Below are positions 1 to 7,207 of a DNA stretch of 64,000 bases, piece by piece. The first letter of the stretch is position 1, and every line of letters starts with the position of its first letter. The stretch spans positions 6,036 to 70,035 of the forward strand of contig JAVKEP010000072.1 of the NCBI GenBank assembly GCA_040221375.1, read 5' to 3'. A model generated the notes under the pieces. That model saw nothing but the letters and a program-made list of their open reading frames with translations. It had not been told where the DNA came from and did not search any database. The position numbers and the translations under genes were made by a program. This stretch comes from Cryomorphaceae bacterium. GTDB taxonomy: Bacteria; Bacteroidota; Bacteroidia; Flavobacteriales_G; Salibacteraceae.

Positions 1-2
1 AA

Positions 3-443
3 AACCTTTCTTTTTCCAGTTTAACAATTCATTTATTAGGTTGCTTAAAAGAAGCGGTTTGGAATGAAGACTATGAATCTGCCCACTTATTAAAAATCGA
101 GATATCAACTAATATTGGATGTATCGAAACTAAGTTATTAGAAAGGGGAGCGCAATTATTAACTGATTTCGATGAAGGGTGCAACAAGTCAAACCATCTT
201 CGAGGCTTTACACCTCTGTCAAATTATCTAAGACTTCAATGGGAATACCAAGTCAAGCTCTCCAATTTTGAAATTATTCTGACAAGATTGAGACGCGAAA
301 TGAAAATCCTAAGCATTTTAGATTTAGATGAGGAAATAGATGATTCCATCTTCACCGAGCACTACTCTCACCCAGTTTTGACTTTTGATTATCTGGATTT
401 CTACTTCAGCTTACTAATACCTTCGGATCTCTCTTCCAACTGA
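3..443 (+). CDS. Hypothetical protein, C-terminal fragment (ORF enters from the left edge)
   Basis: Frame 3 is open from position 3 to the TGA at 441-443 (147 codons, ...EIDDSIFTEHYSHPVLTFDYLDFYF...). Not in the ORF track because it has no start in the window. No recognisable motifs. Confidence 0.35.
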   Translation, partial: NLSFSSLTIHLLGCLKEAVWNEDYESAHLLKIEISTNIGCIETKLLERGAQLLTDFDEGCNKSNHLRGFTPLSNYLRLQWEYQVKLSNFEIILTRLRREMKILSILDLDEEIDDSIFTEHYSHPVLTFDYLDFYFSLLIPSDLSSN

Positions 444-1038
444 TGTATTTTCTCACTTTAATCACGGTGTTCATTGAGCACTTCAAGCGACCCGCAATAT
501 CTCTTACACTTTTCCCTTTGCTCAGAAGTCCAATAATCTCTTTGCTCTTCGGTTTTTCAAGAAATTTTTTGACACTCTCATTTGATTTTTCTGGCCGCCC
601 AATTTTCCCACCATTAGCAACATAAACCTCTCGTCCAATTCTGGTGCGGTTTAACAAATTCTCTCTCTCAAGCTGATAAAGACTAGACAAACATGCGGTA
701 AGAATCCCCCATATTTCATTCTTCCTTCCATTCACCCTTGAGCAAAGGTTACCCATGGATTTAATTATTACTGTGACCTCGTTTTGATCTAGCCAATCGA
801 GAACATTGATGGTGTCAACCATATTCCTACCAATATCTCTCAATTCTTCAACGGTGATAGATGCTATCTGACCCGATTCAACCATTTGATTGAGTTTGGA
901 TGCTTCAGTCCTTTGTCTAAATGGAAGCGTACCACTCACTCCCTTATCAAATAGGGTCAAATCATAGATTTCCTTATCGGCTTGAAATCTATTTCCATGT
1001 TGTTGTAAAGTGGATGTCCGTTGATATTTTACCCTCAT
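406..1038 (-). CDS. Small serine recombinase (resolvase/invertase family)
   Basis: N-terminus MRVKYQRTSTLQQ fits the YxRVSTxxQ catalytic-serine motif. Also FDKGVSGT, LRDIGRN (DRLGR-like) and a C-terminal HTH (SVRDIAGRLKCSMNTVIKV). 210 aa. Confidence 0.85.
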   Translation of the reverse strand: MRVKYQRTSTLQQHGNRFQADKEIYDLTLFDKGVSGTLPFRQRTEASKLNQMVESGQIASITVEELRDIGRNMVDTINVLDWLDQNEVTVIIKSMGNLCSRVNGRKNEIWGILTACLSSLYQLERENLLNRTRIGREVYVANGGKIGRPEKSNESVKKFLEKPKSKEIIGLLSKGKSVRDIAGRLKCSMNTVIKVRKYISWKRDPKVLVS

Positions 1039-1042
1039 TTCA

Positions 1043-1077
1043 GTGTTGTATTTAATGTCTGAGATTTAATATAACAC
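1043..1077. promoter_or_regulatory. Imperfect 35-bp palindrome just upstream of the recombinase start (candidate res/operator site)
   Basis: GTGTTGTATTTAAT-gtctgag-ATTTAATATAACAC, with 12 of 14 arm positions complementary. Lies 5 nt from the recombinase ATG. Confidence 0.3.
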
Positions 1078-1185
1078 AGGAATACCGGTCCACCTAGGGT
1101 TTAGAGTGATTTTTTCTGTAGGTGCTGCTGTCAATTATATTTTGACTTAAATCACAACGAATCAATAATTTTAACCGTGTGGTTT

Positions 1186-2178
1186 TCAGAAGCCATTAAA
1201 AATGTCATTATACACTCTGAATTTCCATGAATCCTTTCCCCCAAAGTCAATACAATCTTGTCTTTTTAGTGAAATGGATATAGCATCGCGTTTAGTTTTG
1301 AATTTTCCTATATGAGGTCTTCCTAGGAACCAAAGTCGATTTGGGTTCTTACACGCGGAGTCAATTTTCAGTCTTACCAATTTCCCTTCGCTTGTAAAGT
1401 ATTCATGTGACAATATGAAATTGACTTTATTGAAGAGAATTGTTTGATATTCCTTAACCAACGTTGCTCTAATTTTATTTAGATCAGTTTTAGTGTATCC
1501 ATTGCTTTTCCATTTCTTGAAGTTCAATAAGGCTTCATCTGAAAGATCAATTTTCAGAATTGGTCTAATGGTATTTGAAGGGCTCATTAGAACAGAATAT
1601 ATCGAGAAGTGCTTACTAATCGCGTCAATCACTTCTTGATTGTTATCGATTGGCAGATCGATGTCTAACGCCATTAGTTGTGTGTGACTATCCATTTCAG
1701 AGCACTCGATTAAGTCACTCTTCGCGTTGAATGTTCCAAAGACAATACCCGGATTCAACTCTTTGAACAAGCTGTAAACACCCTTTTTTGCTTTCTTTTT
1801 TATGACATCAAATACGTTATTGGGTATCCCTTCAATATCTATAAAATCACCTCTTGAAATAGGATCCATTGAGTATCGGTTGATTTTGGTGAACTTCAAG
1901 AGATCTATTTCATCGCAGTTGTAGATTGAATAATGAAAAAAAGCTAAGTAACTCCAGTGTTTTTCAAGATCCTCCCAATCTTCATTAATCACAATACTTT
2001 GAGCTCTCCTTCTTAGGCTTTCAAGAGCACTTTGGTAACCAAGATTTTTTAATCCTTGAGTAAATTTTCGATCAGATTTCTCATTGTATAAATTGATAAT
2101 TTCTTTGAGAGAAATTATCTTTCTACTCAATTCTTTTTGAAAGCGAAAGTTGTTTAAGAAGGTGATTTTTTCATTCAT
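1186..2178 (-). CDS. Hypothetical protein with AEP-primase-like motifs (BT4734/VirE-N-like)
   Basis: 330 aa. Motifs ALDIDLP (DxD), MSPSNTIRPILKI and KIDSACKNPNRLWFLGRP appear in the order expected for archaeo-eukaryotic primase domains of Bacteroidota mobile elements. Motif level only. Confidence 0.45.
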   Translation of the reverse strand: MNEKITFLNNFRFQKELSRKIISLKEIINLYNEKSDRKFTQGLKNLGYQSALESLRRRAQSIVINEDWEDLEKHWSYLAFFHYSIYNCDEIDLLKFTKINRYSMDPISRGDFIDIEGIPNNVFDVIKKKAKKGVYSLFKELNPGIVFGTFNAKSDLIECSEMDSHTQLMALDIDLPIDNNQEVIDAISKHFSIYSVLMSPSNTIRPILKIDLSDEALLNFKKWKSNGYTKTDLNKIRATLVKEYQTILFNKVNFILSHEYFTSEGKLVRLKIDSACKNPNRLWFLGRPHIGKFKTKRDAISISLKRQDCIDFGGKDSWKFRVYNDIFNGF

Positions 2179-2349
2179 TATAAGGGTTATAGATTTAACT
2201 GGGAAAAAGTTTAATTTTCTTCTATTATCCTATTTCCCTCCCTAAATGATTCAAATGAAATTCCCGTAACCTTCTGTACATCAGTATTTATGGGCAATTC
2301 AATTAACAACTAAAACCCTCCCCCCCTTTAGTCGAGAACCGTCCCCAAT

Positions 2350-3576
2350 TTAAACGCTCGTGTTAAGTCCTATTTCCCTCGCACAGTTGTTCATTATATT
2401 CCTCACAATTGCTTCATTGCTTTTCTCTACTAAAAGTGCATCGTAGATATAAATGGCTGGTATGTGAAGCGCTCTAAGCTGGTTAATCACTTCGGTCATA
2501 AGCTTAGTTTCAATTCTAAATAAATCATGACTCACCTTCTTATATCCGTATACATCCTTGATTAGAACAATTTCATCAAGCATAGAAGGAAACTCACTTT
2601 GATAATATTCGAAGAGAGGACATGCTTTCATATCCTTTACCCTTTTGTTGAAGAAAGACATGTTCATGATCTTAGCCTCTTTCTTATCAATTTTCAGAAA
2701 ATTAGCTGCGTCTGTATGTGAGATTGTATTCTTATTATTTCCGTAAATGTGATTGGCTATGTTTGGGTGGAGAGTGCTATAGTCTAGCTCCACCAGCTCG
2801 GAATTATTGACTGTTAATGAAGATCTAATCCACTTGGGCATAAGCGAAAAGGAATCGTAAACTCTACCGCCACATCGCGTTGATCCAATCGTTGGAACTT
2901 TAAAGCCCCCTTTTGTGAGTCTCTCATAAAGCAGAATGTCATCTTCGATATATCTGACATTTTTCCTTTTTAGAGAATTCAATCTTGATTTATGACCCCT
3001 TTGTTTCAGGAACTTTCCTTTTGAAGTTGAATATCCACTCTTTACATGATTTTGACCAATTTCGAGGAGTTCCTTTTTGGATTTGAGTTGGATGTTAGGG
3101 TAGACTTCTTCTATTAAGAAGGATGAAATTGGGTTTTCTAGAGCATGGGCAGTTACGTCTTCATGTCTTTGAAGGAGCTTCTTACGGATTTTCTCATTAA
3201 CAATTTGATATTCTGTAATTCCCGATGTGACATACTCATCACGCATCTCATATTTATATGACTGTTTTCCTGGGATGTAATATTCGAAAACATTGATTAC
3301 ACCTTTCCGGATTAATAGCTCTCTTAATTTATTATAAGATGCGCCTACGTTATCTCTTAAATAGATTGATTTAAGTGAAATCCAAGGATCCTCTTTGCGA
3401 CACTTTTTGAAAAAGCTTCTGTTTAGCTCCGAACAGAACACTAAAACAAGCTCCTTAGCTCTGTCCGTGTTTGGACTTATGCTTTTTAATTCTTGCTCCG
3501 AAAACGCGCTAAGCTCGTTGAGTAATTTTCGATTTACCCAAAGTATACACGGGTCTTTTGCTAGTTGTAAATTCAA
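2350..3576 (-). CDS. Miniature family-A-polymerase-like protein (TTG start)
   Basis: 408 aa. The C-terminal half is collinear with PolA motifs: GGRVYDSF, LVELDYSTLHPNI (motif A), ISHTDAANFL, KKEAKIMNMSFFN (motif B), IYIYDALLVE (motif C). No exonuclease domains. Confidence 0.55.
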   Translation of the reverse strand: MNLQLAKDPCILWVNRKLLNELSAFSEQELKSISPNTDRAKELVLVFCSELNRSFFKKCRKEDPWISLKSIYLRDNVGASYNKLRELLIRKGVINVFEYYIPGKQSYKYEMRDEYVTSGITEYQIVNEKIRKKLLQRHEDVTAHALENPISSFLIEEVYPNIQLKSKKELLEIGQNHVKSGYSTSKGKFLKQRGHKSRLNSLKRKNVRYIEDDILLYERLTKGGFKVPTIGSTRCGGRVYDSFSLMPKWIRSSLTVNNSELVELDYSTLHPNIANHIYGNNKNTISHTDAANFLKIDKKEAKIMNMSFFNKRVKDMKACPLFEYYQSEFPSMLDEIVLIKDVYGYKKVSHDLFRIETKLMTEVINQLRALHIPAIYIYDALLVEKSNEAIVRNIMNNCAREIGLNTSV

Positions 3577-3577
3577 T

Positions 3578-3621
3578 TATCATATCCATGATTTTTTAGT
3601 CCACATCAAGTGGATATGATA
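3578..3621. promoter_or_regulatory. 11-bp perfect inverted repeat with 22-bp spacer, 2 nt upstream of the polymerase-like gene start
   Basis: TATCATATCCA (3578-3588) and TGGATATGATA (3611-3621) are exact reverse complements. The spacer holds a small CCAC-atcaa-GTGG hairpin. Not statistically compelling on its own. Confidence 0.25.
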
Positions 3622-3725
3622 TATATTGAAAAAACAGATTTTGTTTATCTAGAGCCCCCTGATCTATGTTACCATAGGTTGAGTACTTCTTAGACACATG
3701 TCTCTTCTGAGTGTAACTTTACGGA

Positions 3726-4124
3726 ATGGAAACCCTTAAACCAATTCTTATCGGTTTTTTAACCGAGTATTATATTCCTATATCGATCTATCTATTAACC
3801 TCTTTTGTACTAATTGTTTACTTAGTCCTAAGAAGAAATTCTAAACATGATAAAGCCAGAAGATTAGCAAAATCGAGTATAAATCTTTGGTTATACAAGA
3901 GAGAAGATGAATATGAAAAGGATGATCAATATTCAGTTCTAGTTGAGGAAAATGAAACTTTAAAAACAAAGCTAGATCACTCAAAAAAACAAGTAAGAAA
4001 CATCTCCTTCTTTTTCATTGTAACGGTGCTCGCAATGATCATTGTCTCTTGGTTTAACAATTCGATACGAGTCACTAAAAAAGGCGATAAATCGGCTTTA
4101 GTAAATGATGAAGAGAATTCATGA
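3726..4124 (+). CDS. Hypothetical membrane protein with two predicted TM helices flanking a coiled-coil segment
   Basis: 132 aa. Hydrophobic stretches are ISIYLLTSFVLIVYLVL and FFFIVTVLAMIIVSWF; the charged segment between them is EDEYEKDDQYSVLVEENETLKTKLD. Confidence 0.5.
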   Translation: METLKPILIGFLTEYYIPISIYLLTSFVLIVYLVLRRNSKHDKARRLAKSSINLWLYKREDEYEKDDQYSVLVEENETLKTKLDHSKKQVRNISFFFIVTVLAMIIVSWFNNSIRVTKKGDKSALVNDEENS

Positions 4125-4180
4125 ATGTTTGAAGATTCACTTGAGCTGTTGTTCTAATCAATGGATTTTAATTAGAACTA

Positions 4181-4954
4181 TTATCTTTTAAAAAACTTGA
4201 CCACCGTTCCGTCTACTTGAATAAAGTACGCTCCCTTAGAAATTTCGTCCAAATTCAGTTCTCCACTTGAATATCCTCTCTTTACAACCTGACCATTTAG
4301 ATTAATTATTGAATACTCCACATTTTGAGGTGTGTTAAGAGTTCCGCTAGTTGGGTTTGGAAATACTATGAAGCCATGTGTTTCAATAGTTTCAATTGAT
4401 TGTGGATAATCCAATGTGATATATACTGTTGTGTTTACTGTAGTATCATACTCAACATCGTCATGAGTTATTGAGATCGAGTAGTTAAACCTACCCATAT
4501 TAGATGAAATGAAATTGATAATATCATTTGAATTTTGATTAAGAGTAGTCTCAAAATTTCCATTAAATGGTGCGTTATTAAACTCGTTATTTTCCTTCCA
4601 CAATAAAGTATCGGAACTATTAACATTAACCATAACATTTCCAGTATTAGTAGTAGCCAATCTCCAAGCTCGAAGACTAACAGTACTATTATCATATGAT
4701 ACTGTGTGTGAAGCCGAAACTACTGGATTGGAAGCATCACTTTGTAGGTGAGCAGAATCAATCGATAGATCTGTAATTTCAGTTACAGTAGAGTCTACAA
4801 GCGTTTCTACAACAGTTGTAGTGTCAATTTCCACTAGGGTACTACCAGTTGGACGATTTGTGGTTGTGTCGCCATTAAAGACATACACTGTGTCTTGCGA
4901 ATAGACTAAAAAATTTAATCCAATCAATAGAATACTCATTAAACATCTGATCAT
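4181..4954 (-). CDS. Secreted protein with a T9SS C-terminal sorting domain
   Basis: N-terminal signal peptide (MSILLIGLNFLVYSQ). C-terminus FPNPTSGTLNT...IINLNGQVVKRG...ISKGAYFIQV is typical of Por/T9SS CTDs. Confidence 0.7.
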   Translation of the reverse strand: MIRCLMSILLIGLNFLVYSQDTVYVFNGDTTTNRPTGSTLVEIDTTTVVETLVDSTVTEITDLSIDSAHLQSDASNPVVSASHTVSYDNSTVSLRAWRLATTNTGNVMVNVNSSDTLLWKENNEFNNAPFNGNFETTLNQNSNDIINFISSNMGRFNYSISITHDDVEYDTTVNTTVYITLDYPQSIETIETHGFIVFPNPTSGTLNTPQNVEYSIINLNGQVVKRGYSSGELNLDEISKGAYFIQVDGTVVKFFKR

Positions 4955-5052
4955 AATAGTCTAGGTTTGATAGTATCAAATGTAATACTAAACTACTTCA
5001 TGTAGTACTATAAGGTTACAGCCTAATGCCGAGTTCCCATGACATTTGAGAT

Positions 5053-5301
5053 GTGGCGGAACTTTCCAATAAAGAAATTAATAAAATCAAAATTGATGTA
5101 CCGATTCTAATCGGAAATAACATCAGAAATCTCCGCATGGAAAAGGGTCTATCTCAGACTGAATTGGCGGATAGAATTCTTAGCGATAGACAATACCTGT
5201 ATAAAATAGAAACTGCCAAGGTTGGTGTTACAATTACCAAATTAACGATGATCGCTCGTGCATTGGATGTTCCTGTATCGCGTCTGGTTTATGGAGTTTA
5301 G
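5053..5301 (+). CDS. XRE-family helix-turn-helix transcriptional regulator (GTG start)
   Basis: 82 aa. IGNNIRNLRMEKGLSQTELADRI...IARALDV fits the Cro/C1-type HTH pattern. Confidence 0.8.
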   Translation: MAELSNKEINKIKIDVPILIGNNIRNLRMEKGLSQTELADRILSDRQYLYKIETAKVGVTITKLTMIARALDVPVSRLVYGV

Positions 5302-5312
5302 TACAAGCTTGA

Positions 5313-6428
5313 CTAAACAAAGACTTTAACAGAGCCGCTCCAAACTTCCCCGTTACCCCAAACTAATTTCAATCGTAGAGGAATCCTGTTATTCTCTTTT
5401 GCGATTGATTCTACCTCTACTTCTTCTATGCGATTAATAAAACTCAAGGCTGGTTTCTCAGCATTGTCAACAAAAAAATCAGGATAAGGAATTGACACTA
5501 ACCTTGTGATTTCAATTTTCATCATTCGATTAAGCAATTCAGAATTGTCTTTAAACTTATTATAGTATTGGGAAAAGTATGAGCCTACCAAGGGAGCGTG
5601 GGAATAGTCTCCATGCTTTGTTCCTAAAAGACTGGTAATATTCTGTTTCGCCATGTCTACTCCTCTGATTATTTTAATATCCCCATTTTCTATTATAATA
5701 TCTCCATCATCTCCAAGGGCAATGTCCCCACCAAGACCATTTGGATCTATTCTTAATTGCTTTTCCTCAATCAATGTTTCAATTTGATATTTCCCACCTT
5801 CATTACTCCATATAAATTCACTTATTATTCGACCATCTCCTTGTGACTCTACAACTATGTAATTGTCTTGTGTTTTTGATGTTTTAAGGACTGAAAACTC
5901 TCTCAATTCTTCAATTGATCCAACAATAAACTGACCAACTTCAAAATACCATCGATTATTAGTTGCTGATTTCCAAATACCCTCGAAAATGAGTCTTTGA
6001 CCTAGACTAATCAAGGTGTAAGACAAGTCATAGTCTGCTTTCAATTCTACTAATTGACTATAAATGTTGCGTTCAGCGTTGTGTTTCCATTGTTTCAATG
6101 TTGCCGAGGAATAATTCAAATAATCTGTATCGATCATCCGCGCATGATGTCGACACATCCAAATTCCATTATCAATTGATTTTCGCTCATCGTTGGTCAT
6201 GCTTGGATCGTATCTAGGTCCACCTTTAGAAGCTGCGTTTATATGCGCTGCTTCTCCAAGATTTTGAACAGACTTTGAATCCTCTGTCCCTGGTCCACAA
6301 GTAATCCGTTTACACCCAGAATAGGAACACCTATACGCCACTCTAAGAGCCAGTTTGGTTTTGGTATCCTTGCTAAAATTATCGCGCATCATGTATTCCT
6401 TTCGCCTGAATCGATTCGAATTTATCAC
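5313..6428 (-). CDS. HNH nuclease fused to an uncharacterised middle region and a gp25/W-like C-terminal domain
   Basis: 371 aa. HNH signature: CSYSGC..C, GEAAHINAASKGGPRYD, NGIWMCRHHARMID. C-terminus: GDIALGDDGDIIIENGDIKIIRGVDMAKQNITSLLGTKHGDYSHAPLVGSYF. Confidence 0.7.
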   Translation of the reverse strand: MINSNRFRRKEYMMRDNFSKDTKTKLALRVAYRCSYSGCKRITCGPGTEDSKSVQNLGEAAHINAASKGGPRYDPSMTNDERKSIDNGIWMCRHHARMIDTDYLNYSSATLKQWKHNAERNIYSQLVELKADYDLSYTLISLGQRLIFEGIWKSATNNRWYFEVGQFIVGSIEELREFSVLKTSKTQDNYIVVESQGDGRIISEFIWSNEGGKYQIETLIEEKQLRIDPNGLGGDIALGDDGDIIIENGDIKIIRGVDMAKQNITSLLGTKHGDYSHAPLVGSYFSQYYNKFKDNSELLNRMMKIEITRLVSIPYPDFFVDNAEKPALSFINRIEEVEVESIAKENNRIPLRLKLVWGNGEVWSGSVKVFV

Positions 6429-6493
6429 TTATTTATTGAGGATTATAAATCCTTGTCTAGTAGTTATTACTTTCGAAAGACAACACTCTTGCC

Positions 6494-6892
6494 ATGACAA
6501 CAGAAGAAGCATTTAACAGGAAAATCTCAAGGTTTTTACGTGACGAGCCAGAATCGAGCGCGTCTCACACAATTCGAAAAATCCTAGATAATGTTCCTTA
6601 TTCTGGGTCGTATATGTTCAAAATTGAAGAGTTCGCCTACAGTTTAGGACTAGGATTTCATCTACGAGAAATTGAAATAAGTAAAGGCAAAACCAGATTC
6701 ATTCCTTGTTTCAAATACTATCCTGAAAACGTGTTAAATGAAACTCCGCGAACGGAGGATTTGATTGGTCAGTTCATGCCAATGACGAAAATCGATGCCT
6801 ATTCATTTGTAGCTAAAGAACTCGTCTATCGCTTAATGAGAGTTGAAAACCTCGATCAGTATTTGACTAAAATGGAAGAATCTCCGATCTAG
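6494..6892 (+). CDS. Hypothetical protein, divergent from the HNH gene across a 65-bp gap
   Basis: 132-aa ORF with no recognisable motifs. Its position suggests co-regulation with 5313-6428. Confidence 0.5.
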   Translation: MTTEEAFNRKISRFLRDEPESSASHTIRKILDNVPYSGSYMFKIEEFAYSLGLGFHLREIEISKGKTRFIPCFKYYPENVLNETPRTEDLIGQFMPMTKIDAYSFVAKELVYRLMRVENLDQYLTKMEESPI

Positions 6893-7207
6893 ATTAGCTT
6901 GAATTTAGATTTTATCTTGTGACCCTGAAAGAGTGATTCGTAAAATAGGCTTATTCAAAGGATCTCTCAAGCCAAGCGTTACTGTGCTAGAGAAAAAAAC
7001 GTATTATGGGGTTAGCTGAAATATTAGAATAGTATCCCATACTATTTTTTGTAAGAGAAGGTAGACGTTAGTTCAGAAACGCAATTAGATCAAATTTTTA
7101 GTGATCACTTAGCTTTAAATCAATTTAAATAGTGTATTCCAAGGCAGGATCTACCGTTAGTAAATGTCGAGTGTATTATTTTCATTGTATTGATTAACGA
7201 ACTGCTT

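Noticed and set aside
1087-1099. GGTCCACCTAGGG upstream of the recombinase resembles the tRNA 3' end GGTCCCACCTGGG (22189-22201). Both are preceded at some distance by GTGTTGT. I considered it a possible att remnant.
   Set aside because: It has one indel plus one mismatch in 13 nt. My rough expectation is about 0.2 such hits in the 22-kb island on both strands. The DNA to its left is still island-like (AT-rich), so it does not mark a boundary.
3712-3724. A 13-nt identity (TGTAACTTTACGG) with the -35 region of the ECF sigma promoter at 35919-35931, which might have been a third ECF promoter.
   Set aside because: No CGTC follows at the N16 position, and the motif sits 2 nt before an ATG. Dozens of 13-mer coincidences are expected in 64 kb.
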